A stretch of 33,970 nt of DNA from Stramenopiles sp. TOSAG23-2 (GCA_900128395.1 LT649355.1:1-33970); one strand, 5' to 3'. Counted from the first letter of the stretch, positions 21,711 to 32,273 are shown. Numbers and translations are program-made. The notes: generated by a model from the letters alone, not told the origin.

Positions 21711-21900
21711 GGCAACGCTCTAGGACCTAGATGATTAAGGCAACGCAACAACAAGAAACAAGAAGAAGTGCATGATCACAAATGATAATAGAAGATGTAT
21801 TTTAATCTAGTTTCCTTAAAAAGAAAAAGAATCTTTATTTTTTATAGCTCCCTTAATCTCAGAAGCTAAACCCGCATTGCAACCGTAGGTACGTCGACTA

Positions 21901-21960
21901 CTGGCTTTCCAGCTTTCCAGCTGTCGTCTGTGCCCTCAGCAAGCCAGCAAGCCTGGCAAG
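21901..21960. promoter_or_regulatory. CCAGC/CTGG-rich cluster about 190-250 nt upstream of GET4
   Basis: ctggctttccagctttccagctg...cagcaagccagcaagcctggcaag. Confidence 0.45.
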
Positions 21961-22149
21961 AGGCCACAACATGAATAATCACAAATACTATTATATAATA
22001 AATATATATTTTATTAACAACAGTAAATGCACAAACATATCTAATAATAACAAGATGAACAGGAAGAACAAGTAGAAAGATATATATATTATACCCACAT
22101 ATTATATAAACAATATAGTCTTAAAAATTACAACATCAATAGTAACAAT

Positions 22150-23064
22150 ATGGCATCGTTATCATCAAATGGAGGACCAACTCAACGCCGTAGAAGAAGA
22201 AAGGCAAAAGGTACGAAAAGTGTCTTGGCAAAATTAGAAGAAAGTTTAAAAGATGGTGATTTTTATAGTGCACTGCAAATGTATAAAACTTTATTAAGTC
22301 GTACCTCGCCGAAAGAAGTAAAAAATGCAAGGCATATTGCTGAGGAAGGTACCATTAAATTGTTGGAATTTGGATATAGCAAGGCTGCAACAGAACTTGG
22401 AAAACAATTTATTACAGATTATTTAATTGAATTTAAAATACTTGTCGATGAAGATGTCATACAAACAATATGTAATATTGCTAATAAATATCCCGCAAAA
22501 GATATTGATGCACAACAAGATAAATTATTATTTCTAAATGAAGCAATTGATTGGACAAAAAAACATGACAAATCGAATCCAAGGGGTACACCAACGTTGC
22601 ATTTAGTAACTGCTACAACTTATTTTTCATTAGGCGATTTCAACAATGCATCAACGCATTTTTTATTTTCTTCATCGCCAAAACAACATGCAAAGTTTCT
22701 ACTTTTTCTTGGAAAACGTGGTTTTAAAGGTGAACGGGACTTATTCATTTTAAGAGTTGTTTTACAATTTCTTGCCTTGGAAAATATTAAAGATGCATCT
22801 CAAACATTTAATGCTTGGAAAGAAGATGCGGTTGGGATTGAAACTCCTGCGACACATTTGTGTGATTTTTTAATACGTGCCTCACAACGTGGTCAAAGTG
22901 CAGCGCCATTATTTGCGTTATTAGAACAAAGATATCAACCAACGTTAAAACGTGACGATGCCTTCAGTCATTATATGTCTATGATTGGCCATAAATTATT
23001 TGGTAGACCAAAGCCGCAAATGGGAGGGATGATGGGAATGCTTAGTCAAATGTTAGGATTTTAA
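22150..23064 (+). CDS. GET4: Golgi to ER traffic protein 4 (GET4/TRC35)
   Basis: G.FYSALQMYKT..SR, FL..AI.W......GTP.LH, A..HF, ERDLFILRVVLQFL, L..RY.PTL.RD..F..Y...IG...FG and Gly/Met-rich tail. Confidence 0.92.
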   Translation: MASLSSNGGPTQRRRRRKAKGTKSVLAKLEESLKDGDFYSALQMYKTLLSRTSPKEVKNARHIAEEGTIKLLEFGYSKAATELGKQFITDYLIEFKILVDEDVIQTICNIANKYPAKDIDAQQDKLLFLNEAIDWTKKHDKSNPRGTPTLHLVTATTYFSLGDFNNASTHFLFSSSPKQHAKFLLFLGKRGFKGERDLFILRVVLQFLALENIKDASQTFNAWKEDAVGIETPATHLCDFLIRASQRGQSAAPLFALLEQRYQPTLKRDDAFSHYMSMIGHKLFGRPKPQMGGMMGMLSQMLGF

Positions 23065-23742
23065 AACAATTTACACAGCACGCGTGTGTGTATCAAATTA
23101 AAAAAAAGTAAAGTGTACGAAAGTATATAAATATGTTGGAATACGAACTTCAAAAAATGTATCATCAGAGTATATATGATATATCCATATACTGTGATAT
23201 GATGATTTAATTATGTATTTTATTAAAAATATAAATTACGTATAAAATATTTTAAAGTATGATACGTGTATATATTTTAATTTTTTATTTCTATACCCAC
23301 ATGACAAGTTCAATTTCCTACTCTCAAAAGAAAAAATTGAAATACTTGTGGTATGTGAGCCAATATTAATATCTACTCTATTCGTATCTCGCAACTTGTA
23401 TCAATAACTCCCATAACAGGAATTGCCGATGAGGTAAATAGATGTTAATCAACCTTCTGTTGATGAAAAGAGGGCCGGCATTAATATGAAGAGGGTACTC
23501 TGGACACGCAGAATAAATTGTACCACAGGGTGACAAATATTAAATAATATATTATATTTTTAAAAAGATTAAAAATATTATGCATACAAAATATTACACA
23601 CCACGATTCGTCGTCATACCAATTCCGGGAACAAAAAGTTTTTCTTATGTTTAAAACAATATCAGAAGGAATTTCATATTTTCAGATTATCTCAACAAAT
23701 ATGATAATATAGATGTTAATATACTCGTATATGATGATCACA

Positions 23743-24330
23743 TCAATCCCCCCAACCCTCGTCATCGATATCATTTGTATCCGTATCATCTACAAAGCGG
23801 GATGAAACATTTCCTTTCAATTCAATACGCTTTTGGACTCTCATTTTACTTTGTTTACTAATGTTTCTGCGCTCAATACCCATATCTGCAAAAATATCTT
23901 CAGCTTTCTTTGAAGCAAAAATTGTGGAAGAAGATGAACCTCCTCGTTTATTATTATTATTATTATTGTTGTTGTTTTTATTTTTATTTTTCTTCATCCA
24001 AGAAGTATTTCTTGGACGTGAATTTCGAACAGCAGGGTTCACACTATTTGCATATAAATTATTGTTACTATTGGTATTCCCCACATTTATTGCCTTATTT
24101 AATGCACCAGGGGAATTCTTGTTGCCACTACCACTACGTTTTCTGGATGATGATGTTTGGGAATTATTAGTGCTATTAATTAAAGTTTGATTTTCAATAT
24201 CATCGTCCCAGGTTCCCCAATCTTCTTCTTCTTCTGTATTATTGTTATTATTATTACTACTACTACTATCGTCTGTTTTTGCCTTCCCTTTTTTGAAACA
24301 GTTTTGTAAACATTGTTTTATCATATACAT
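23743..24330 (-). CDS. Low-complexity protein with EBAG9/RCAS1-like motifs
   Basis: N-terminal Cys plus basic patch, EEDWGTWDDD, DIFADM, VSSRF, terminal DDEGWGD; Asn runs typical of the genuine genes in this window. Confidence 0.6.
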   Translation of the reverse strand: MYMIKQCLQNCFKKGKAKTDDSSSSNNNNNNTEEEEDWGTWDDDIENQTLINSTNNSQTSSSRKRSGSGNKNSPGALNKAINVGNTNSNNNLYANSVNPAVRNSRPRNTSWMKKNKNKNNNNNNNNNKRGGSSSSTIFASKKAEDIFADMGIERRNISKQSKMRVQKRIELKGNVSSRFVDDTDTNDIDDEGWGD

Positions 24331-24491
24331 TGTGTGTTATGTAACTGTTTGTATATATACTGTATATAATTCCTTGGTATGCATTGTTCTATATATATCT
24401 TGTTATAAATATAAATATATATATAACTTTTTTTTATTATTAGACTATCTTTTAATTATTATTATATTATTTTTTTTTTGATGGTATAATA

Positions 24492-24536
24492 TAAGCTGGT
24501 AAGCTGTAAGCCAGTAAGCTGGTAAGCGGTAAGCTA
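24492..24536. repeat. Six tandem TAAGC(TGG)-like units in a divergent promoter region
   Basis: taagctgg taagctg taagccag taagctgg taagcgg taagcta. Confidence 0.75.
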
Positions 24537-24808
24537 CATCTGGACATAAGTTAGTAGTACCAGGTAATAGCATAAGCAGTGTACTATTCCTATCTTTAAA
24601 TCTCTCTTCTTTTCTATCTAAATATAATACGCACTTCTTCTTCAATTGGCAGACTTATATACATACTATTAGCTAAAAAAATAATAATTAATTGCTTTTA
24701 CTATATACGTTACAATGTATATTACAAACTAGAAAAGTCGAAATATACACAATGTATGTCTAGGTCATCCATAACAACAACAGATAAGATTGACAAGCCA
24801 ACAATAAT

Positions 24809-26905
24809 ATGATCAAGCGACGTAGGCGTGCTGGATCCGCACCAAAATATAGAAACCAAGAGTCACCACGAACTAGAAGTATAAGTGATACAGAAACAAA
24901 TGAAAGGTTACGGGAAGAACAAGAATCACTAGAAAGAAAACCATCATTAAAAAAATTGAAAACAAAAATTATAAAAAGTAAAAACAACTTTATGGAACGA
25001 AAACGTAAAATAAGTCAAAATGTCGATCGAAAAATAAACAAGATGAAAACAAAAATGAAAGAAAAAGTATATAATATGACAAAAAAGCTGCCAAATCGTA
25101 AACGTCTTTCAGGTAGTGATAAGCATTTATCTATCTATAATAATAATAATAATAATAGCAGGAGATCTGACGGTGAGGATAATAACATGGCATATGGCCG
25201 AGATCGTGGTAGTGGAAGTCTCAGTGGCAGAGATGCACGAAGTGATGGTGATGTTGCCGATGTAGAATTTTATGAAAATGTATTTTCTGATGAGGATGGA
25301 AACAATAATAATATGTATCATGATAATAATAATAATGCCTATCGTACTAGTAAATTTAGAGGAAAAGGACGTAATAATCATAAAGGTAGTAAAAAAATGT
25401 TAGAACGCTGGAAATCATGGAGAAAGAAACAAAGGCAAAAGGAGAAAAAAAACGATTTACAAGATTTTTTAGCACAAGATGGTAGCAATATGTTTGTCAG
25501 TCAATTGCAAAAATTAAATCGAAGATTTGATCAAAAAAAAATTAGTGTAAAATGGCCAAAATTTAAATTATCATCATCATCTCGAACAAAATTACAAAGA
25601 AGAAATACTGCGGAAGAACTGGGATTGGATAATTTAGCTCCAGAACTCCGCGTATTAGTCCTCGCAGAAACATGGGATGGATTATCAAAAGATAGACGAA
25701 GGCGTTTGTTACGCGTAAAGCCATCATTTGCCATTTTGCCTCTTGAAAGATGCTTGTGCCCATTACACATTGAAGCATTGTCATGTCTTATTAGAACTAG
25801 AACTGTGTCTGAATTAATTCCTGGTTATGTAGAGTCAAAAACCGGGCAATGGTGGAAAATGCATGGAGATGAAGATACAATTCAACATAAACTTGCTAGA
25901 GCCATGATGAATAGATCGTATTTCGCATCATTGCAAAAGAAAAACTATTGTCCAGTCTGTAAAAAGAATTTAGTAGAATATAAAAATGAAGTTCTTTCCA
26001 ATAATAATGATAGCAATACAACGATGGAAGATGATAGCATTGAGGATCATGAAGATAGTAATTCAAATATGAACTCGCCACTTCGACGATCAAATACATT
26101 AGATTATGAAAATTTATCACGCATACGTCAAAGACGAACTACAGACTCTAAATTGGCTAAATATGAAAAAGATATGAAAAATAGATCATTGAAGAAAGTG
26201 CTTGCTGAGGACACATCAGAATTATGTTACCTGTTGTCTTCATGCACAAAAGCTATTATTGGTATTCGCGTCTATTCTTGCCTTACAAAGAAATATAGGA
26301 GGAAAAAACGTGATAAAAATAGAATGAGTCTATCAAGAATGAGACAAATGCCTAATGCTGCGTTTAAATCATTTAGAGCGTCGTTGAGAATGCTTGCTGA
26401 TACAGCTTCTGGCAATAATGATAGTAGGTCAAGAGCACGAAGTGAAGAGGAGGAGGAAGAAGAAGAAGAGGATGAAGGATACCCAGAGGAATATATGTGT
26501 GCTATCTGTGTAGATTTACTAGCCAAACCTTGTAAATTAGCTTGTGGGCACACATTTTGTAAAGTTTGCTTGTTAAAAGTTGCTGTAATGCAACAAGCAA
26601 AATTTATATCATGTTTATGCCCATTTTGTCGCAGGCCTTTTTTCTTCTCAGATTTAAAAGAATCAAAGGAGGTTGTCTCAATAGTGACAAAAAAATATCG
26701 CGATGCTTATGAAGGTCGTATTTTAGATACAGTCCAGGAGGAACAAGACTTATTAAGAAATATAACAAAAGACGATGAAAATGAGAATACCTCAAATGAA
26801 GTTGGTCTATATGCAGTACTTCGTCATAATATTGCTGCAATTGCTGTATTATTTTCCTCTATTCTTATTGTGTGTTTCGTGTATTATTATTACGTTTTTA
26901 CTTAA
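24809..26905 (+). CDS. C3HC4 RING finger protein with C-terminal transmembrane anchor (putative tail-anchored E3 ligase)
   Basis: CAIC..LL.KP.KL.CGHTFC..CL...CPFCR at about 26498-26629; hydrophobic tail IAAIAVLFSSILIVCFVYYYYVFT at the extreme C-terminus. Confidence 0.85.
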   Translation: MIKRRRRAGSAPKYRNQESPRTRSISDTETNERLREEQESLERKPSLKKLKTKIIKSKNNFMERKRKISQNVDRKINKMKTKMKEKVYNMTKKLPNRKRLSGSDKHLSIYNNNNNNSRRSDGEDNNMAYGRDRGSGSLSGRDARSDGDVADVEFYENVFSDEDGNNNNMYHDNNNNAYRTSKFRGKGRNNHKGSKKMLERWKSWRKKQRQKEKKNDLQDFLAQDGSNMFVSQLQKLNRRFDQKKISVKWPKFKLSSSSRTKLQRRNTAEELGLDNLAPELRVLVLAETWDGLSKDRRRRLLRVKPSFAILPLERCLCPLHIEALSCLIRTRTVSELIPGYVESKTGQWWKMHGDEDTIQHKLARAMMNRSYFASLQKKNYCPVCKKNLVEYKNEVLSNNNDSNTTMEDDSIEDHEDSNSNMNSPLRRSNTLDYENLSRIRQRRTTDSKLAKYEKDMKNRSLKKVLAEDTSELCYLLSSCTKAIIGIRVYSCLTKKYRRKKRDKNRMSLSRMRQMPNAAFKSFRASLRMLADTASGNNDSRSRARSEEEEEEEEEDEGYPEEYMCAICVDLLAKPCKLACGHTFCKVCLLKVAVMQQAKFISCLCPFCRRPFFFSDLKESKEVVSIVTKKYRDAYEGRILDTVQEEQDLLRNITKDDENENTSNEVGLYAVLRHNIAAIAVLFSSILIVCFVYYYYVFT

Positions 26906-27544
26906 GTGAAAAAATGCGAAAAATGTAAAAAAAAAATACTTTTACGTACACGCGTACAAAGTCATAATATTACGACCTCGTACATGTATATATATATATA
27001 TATAATTGTAGAGTATTAGTTTGCAGAGGTGCATTAGAGCTTTACTATAGTAGGATAGCATATTATTCTTGCGATTGAGTATTGAGCATATATTACTTAA
27101 CACGAGAAGAGTGTAAAATTATTATAACTTAGATTTTAACCATCATAACTTAATAATTATACGAGAGTTCGTAATTATTAATTTTATTTAAAAAATAAAT
27201 ATTTTTTTATTAACATTTAATGTGTGTAGAGCTATGATATACTCGCTAAAAAAAATGTTCCTTTTACATACTTATTGTCTCAGTTATTGTATTCTTTTGA
27301 AGAGTAGGAATTATCATGAGTAAATTTAAAAATAAATTAAAGCATAAAAATTAAATTACTCGTATTAAATATACTCGTATCATATATGATATGCATATGA
27401 TATTGTATGTGGTATTTTTTATATTTTGGGACCAAATCTTTTTTAACACACAACACATACGAGTATCATACGAAGTACGAATAATGATATGATAATCTAT
27501 GATATCATAACACGTCTCTCTTTCACAAAGCGCATCGTTTCTTC

Positions 27545-30500
27545 TCACCTCTTCTTTGACTTCCCTTGTTTATTTCGAACATGATCAATACCCATAGAAA
27601 ACCCACCAACGCCTTCACTATACCGAGATTCATTTGGCAAACGTTTTGCAATAAATGATCCAATGATTGGAAACTGTGCTAGTAATTTTAACAATGGTAA
27701 AAACAGTTGATATGCCCAATCTATATTTGCATAAAGATATACAGCTAAACCGCCAAATAACAAGGTGAAAAAAATGCCACTATCCACCTCTTCATCAATT
27801 GAGATAGTTGAAACATCAAACGATAATTTCGTATGTATTGATGGCACTTTCACTTTAGATGGGATGGTTACTTTTACACTGTCTGTTTTGAATAAAAAGT
27901 GTTTTGAAGACAATGTTTTTGATTCAACACGTACTACATAATTACCAGCTGATATTTTTGAGAATTCAAAATATTTCGACATGCTTACACTGGTACGTTT
28001 AATGGCTGCTGTTGGATTCGAAGCTCTAGAAAGCACAACACTTAAATCTTTTGCATATTCATCCTTAACAACAACTGTACCGGTCAAACGTGCATGTTTC
28101 GGGGTATTCTGGACGATAAAATTCAGATCATTTGCATCCTCATCATTCATTTCGATTTGAAGTTCATTTGGAATGGTTTGAACTTGGTTACTAATACCAC
28201 TGCCTTTCATGTTATTGCTCCTGCTGTTTTTTTTATTATTTTTCTTTTTTCCATTCACCTTGATAGTATATTTACGCCCTGGTTTTAATCCACGGATTCT
28301 AAATTCACCATCAGCATTTGAGACTGCTTCGGAACTTTCAGAAGACTCGTTATCAACAGCAACTACTGTAGTATCAGCGCTTCCTTCGCCAACAATGGTT
28401 GATAATGTACCGAATACACTATATGCAACACGTTTTGCTTTGAATTCAAATACCTGGCTATCGCTGCTTTCCAAATCGAAAGATTGCGAATCCGGGGTAA
28501 ACTTGTACTCTTTCAACATAGGCCTTAAAAAATACGATCCGGGGAATAAAGATGGATATGAAAGAATACCATCCTCCTTTGTCACATCATTTTTACGGTA
28601 TTCATCCCCGCTTAATGATAGAAGCACACCAGTTAAACCAGTGTGATCATTTGCATCTTTAACAATTACTTTCAAGTTTGCAAGTTTGGAGTGCTGCAAA
28701 ACAAGCTTCGAATCTGCATTTGCTTTCGTGATTTTAATTGGCGCTTGAAAATTATAACCTTCTTTTTCTGCTTTTACACGATATATAAAATCACTATCTA
28801 ACGGGCCAGCTGACCATTGTCCTTTGCTATCAGATTGAAATGTTTTAACGTTCTCCCAAGCTGAATCTTCATTCTCTTCATCGCCATTACCATGTCCTTC
28901 TTTTTGTAAAGTAACTGATACACCTGCTAGTGTTGGTTTAATCACGCCATTCAACATCAAACCCCTTTTCATTGTAAACGTGTTTGTTTTCTTTGGGCAT
29001 CCAGATTTTGGTATATTGAATTTAATACCTTCACTTGGATTAATAATATATGCTTCATTATCAGATGATACTGTTAATAAAACATTTTGTATTCCTTGAG
29101 GTGCCATCAATCCAAAGTTACCGCTTGCATCCACTTTACTTGAGACGTCACTCTTGCCATCGATGCCAGACAATGTAACTGTTGGTAAAGCATTACCAGA
29201 AATACCATCAACAGCCCCTTCGATGCGAACACCTGCAACCACGATATTCGTAATTGATGAGGAATCACTTGAAGTTTTAATATTATATGTTGCTTCAGCA
29301 AAACTGTAACAGGAACTCGGATAGATTGTATATGTCCCACTTCTTGGCACACAGACTTTGTTCACGCCTTTTTTTAATTTAAAGGTATTTGACTCGCCTT
29401 TAATCAACACCCTTTTCTTTGTACTCGATTTCTTTTTTTTCGTACGACCAATTTTCACTTCCATGCTTTCGCTTGTTTCTAAATTTACAACATATCCAAC
29501 TTGTTTCAATTCAAGACCATCGATATCTTTAACACCAACATTGACTTTCATTTTACCAGCATTTGAATTAAATGTAGAAAATACATTTTTACCGACATCT
29601 TCAGATCCCCAGCAGCTTTCACTTTGAGCATTTGTGTGGAAAGCTTGTAGCGTATATCGTCCTGGAGAAACATTTTTCAACACAAACGCATTGTCGCTAA
29701 CATCAGCAGTTGCTTTCACACCATTTTGTGAAACAAATTTTACACTTAAATTTTCAGGACATCCCGACTTACCTAAACAAGTCACCTTGCCCGAAACACG
29801 TACTTTCGATGGTCCAAAGCTAATTCCGCTAATCGGGCCATTTACTTCCACATCATGCTGTTTTGGTGTTAATATTGTTCCACGAGGAGCATTTACACGA
29901 ATAAAATGTTCACCAGCTTTTACATTATCAAAACAAAAACTACCATTTTTAATTGGTTTTGTTGTAGCAATCTTTTTCTCCGTGTTGCTATCATAAATTG
30001 CTAGAGATACCCCTTTTACTGTACCACCTTCAATAGCACCACATACGGTATAACCAGATGCCTGGAAAGGTGCAATACCCGCGGTGGATGGCTTAATTTT
30101 GACATGGCTTAAATCACCAAATGACATTCCTTCTTTTATTACTTTGATATTGTATATACCTTCTTGAATATTATTTAATTGAAATCCACCATCTTTGCCC
30201 GTGACCAATTTTGCTTTCAAACCATCCACTATAAGTTTTGCACCTGGAATACCTTTGCCATTATGATCAACAACGGAACCACCAATGGTAAATCCAGTAA
30301 TGGAAAATGGTTTTAACTCCACATTTTGATCCTCAATTTCAAACAATGCTTTGCTCGGTTTAACATTAAATGAAGTGTGTTCACCTACGAAATATGGAAC
30401 AATGGTATATTTTTCCCCACATCCCAATCCAAATAATTGAAACGTACCATCCGCAGCTGTTTCAGCAACACATAGTGGTCTCAATCCTTTTGGGGCTTCG

Positions 30501-31339
30501 CCAGCAGGTAGTTTCGTCATAGAGGTAATCGCTTTACAATTTCGTGGTTTAGAAGTTGTTGCTGCTTTTCCATATAAAAATATTTGCACTCCTTGTATTT
30601 CTCCTTCAACCTTACCTTGAGCCATAAATCCGTCTGTTAGCACCAACTCAGAAAATTTAACACTGCCATCTTTCACTTTCACTGTGGTTGAACCATCGCT
30701 ACCTTTAGAGACGCTAGTTTCCTCGCTTTCAAATTTAAAACGATAATTACCAGGTTTAACACCTTGAAACATAAATTCACCTTTATCGTTTGTTTTTGAA
30801 TTATACACAGCATCTCCTTTACTACCATCATCATTCATCAAAATTAACGCTTGATTCTGTAACCTTACATTCTTACAAGATTTTTTAGATCCGGCTACAC
30901 CAACGGTACCACCAACTGAAAATCCAGTAAATTCAAAATTGACATCATTCTCGCAACCATTGATAATGTTCGACTTGGCACTAATGTCAAACGTGTCTTT
31001 TAATACGGTCCAACCATCTGGTCCTTGTACACGCAACTGAAATTTACCAGTTGTATCATATATTGGTAAGAAATAATATCCATTTGGTGCACACGCAGTT
31101 TCATCTTGTACCGCACCTGATGCAGAAAGCATTTGTACTTTAACTGTTGATATAGTCTTCTTCAATTTTTTTTTCGCTACTTTCGAGTTACCAACTAGAC
31201 TTTTTAACTCTGATGATAGTTTCACAAAACCACCACAACCAAGTATTTCATCGCTAAGTACTATAGACGGCACGCAAGATATTAATATTACAACAATAGT
31301 TAATATTGCGAGGGTAAAAATATTTGAATTGTATTTCAT
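27545..31339 (-). CDS. NOMO: Nodal modulator (NOMO) family type I ER membrane protein
   Basis: Signal peptide then GCGGFVK, CAPNGYYFLPIYD, tandem beta-sandwich repeats, L.PGSYFLRPMLKEYKF.P, RVAYS..G, C-terminal TM and KxKxx ending (KSKKR). Confidence 0.92.
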   Translation of the reverse strand: MKYNSNIFTLAILTIVVILISCVPSIVLSDEILGCGGFVKLSSELKSLVGNSKVAKKKLKKTISTVKVQMLSASGAVQDETACAPNGYYFLPIYDTTGKFQLRVQGPDGWTVLKDTFDISAKSNIINGCENDVNFEFTGFSVGGTVGVAGSKKSCKNVRLQNQALILMNDDGSKGDAVYNSKTNDKGEFMFQGVKPGNYRFKFESEETSVSKGSDGSTTVKVKDGSVKFSELVLTDGFMAQGKVEGEIQGVQIFLYGKAATTSKPRNCKAITSMTKLPAGEAPKGLRPLCVAETAADGTFQLFGLGCGEKYTIVPYFVGEHTSFNVKPSKALFEIEDQNVELKPFSITGFTIGGSVVDHNGKGIPGAKLIVDGLKAKLVTGKDGGFQLNNIQEGIYNIKVIKEGMSFGDLSHVKIKPSTAGIAPFQASGYTVCGAIEGGTVKGVSLAIYDSNTEKKIATTKPIKNGSFCFDNVKAGEHFIRVNAPRGTILTPKQHDVEVNGPISGISFGPSKVRVSGKVTCLGKSGCPENLSVKFVSQNGVKATADVSDNAFVLKNVSPGRYTLQAFHTNAQSESCWGSEDVGKNVFSTFNSNAGKMKVNVGVKDIDGLELKQVGYVVNLETSESMEVKIGRTKKKKSSTKKRVLIKGESNTFKLKKGVNKVCVPRSGTYTIYPSSCYSFAEATYNIKTSSDSSSITNIVVAGVRIEGAVDGISGNALPTVTLSGIDGKSDVSSKVDASGNFGLMAPQGIQNVLLTVSSDNEAYIINPSEGIKFNIPKSGCPKKTNTFTMKRGLMLNGVIKPTLAGVSVTLQKEGHGNGDEENEDSAWENVKTFQSDSKGQWSAGPLDSDFIYRVKAEKEGYNFQAPIKITKANADSKLVLQHSKLANLKVIVKDANDHTGLTGVLLSLSGDEYRKNDVTKEDGILSYPSLFPGSYFLRPMLKEYKFTPDSQSFDLESSDSQVFEFKAKRVAYSVFGTLSTIVGEGSADTTVVAVDNESSESSEAVSNADGEFRIRGLKPGRKYTIKVNGKKKNNKKNSRSNNMKGSGISNQVQTIPNELQIEMNDEDANDLNFIVQNTPKHARLTGTVVVKDEYAKDLSVVLSRASNPTAAIKRTSVSMSKYFEFSKISAGNYVVRVESKTLSSKHFLFKTDSVKVTIPSKVKVPSIHTKLSFDVSTISIDEEVDSGIFFTLLFGGLAVYLYANIDWAYQLFLPLLKLLAQFPIIGSFIAKRLPNESRYSEGVGGFSMGIDHVRNKQGKSKKR

Positions 31340-31713
31340 TATTGTTTATTGTTTTCCTTGAAATAACTGCAATACAACTATATAGATATATATATGTATC
31401 GCTCTCTTTCTCTCTTTCTTTATAATTTGTTAATAGGCATAATACCTTGTCTGTTGATCAATTCTATGTGATATATAACATATATAATAGTATATATCCA
31501 TTCAATTATTCAACACCCACCACGCGCTTGGCACGTAAGTAGTAGTAATCATATTATACCTGGTAGTATATAAAGCTAAATGCTATAATTATTGTTCGAG
31601 AGCGTATTCTCGTATTCTATGGCTAATCCTGGATCAGATTGTATACAGATTAGATTTACCACAGGATTAATACAGGTAATGTGCTAAGCACCTAAAATCA
31701 TAATTTCAATTCT

Positions 31714-32029
31714 CATGCCTTAGGTAGATTCTAAATCGGAGCCAATGGGACCGAAAATATTAGGATAGGAATAGCATTAGAATAGAGTTGGAGAGTAGGG
31801 TTCAATGGGAACGAAATCAATGGGAACGAAATTGGATCAAAAAATGCCGATTATTGATATTATTAACATACAAATATCCGATTATTATTTTGTAAAATGG
31901 TGTATCGATATGGTTATTTCTTTTAAAAAATGAATCACAAAATCCTTTTTTGAAATTCATTTTTTGATAAAATTTGGGTCCCATTGATTTCGGTCTCATT
32001 GGCTCCGATTTAATAATCTGCCGGGCATG
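31714..32029. mobile_element. MITE-like non-autonomous DNA transposon, about 300 bp
   Basis: 25-nt inverted repeat with 1 mismatch (31732-31756 vs 31988-32012), extendable imperfectly outward; subterminal CAATGGGA(A/C)CGAAAT repeats at 31803-31832 and an inverted copy at 31976-31990. Confidence 0.75.
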
Positions 32030-32273
32030 CATCATTTCTTTTTTCTGATGTGTGGTCTGAAATTGAAGATGATAAGAGCCCACATATAGCACCATTTACA
32101 TTATTATTTTATTATATTTATATTTTATCATATAAATTCATTGCTTTCTTATAGCCACATGTAATGGGATATATATGCAATAAAGTCGTGGAAAGAGGTG
32201 TGTGATATCAACTACATGTATATTTCATAGGAAAACTTACAGTATAAATTATAAATAATATATATTATATAAC

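Noticed and set aside
23297-23352. ATGA...TGA hairpin resembling a SECIS element
   Set aside because: The stem register does not place the GA quartet correctly and no neighbouring gene has a plausible in-frame Sec codon
24492-24536. TAAGCTGG tandem units as telomeric repeat or CRISPR-like array
   Set aside because: Only six degenerate 7-8-nt units with no spacers, internal to a promoter region
560-29996. Numerous short antisense or alternative-frame ORFs overlapping the large genes
   Set aside because: Shadow ORFs of conserved coding regions and low-complexity repeats, with no independent motifs
31817-32095. 92-aa minus ORF as a possible transposase fragment
   Set aside because: It starts outside the element, runs through the inverted repeat and has no transposase motif
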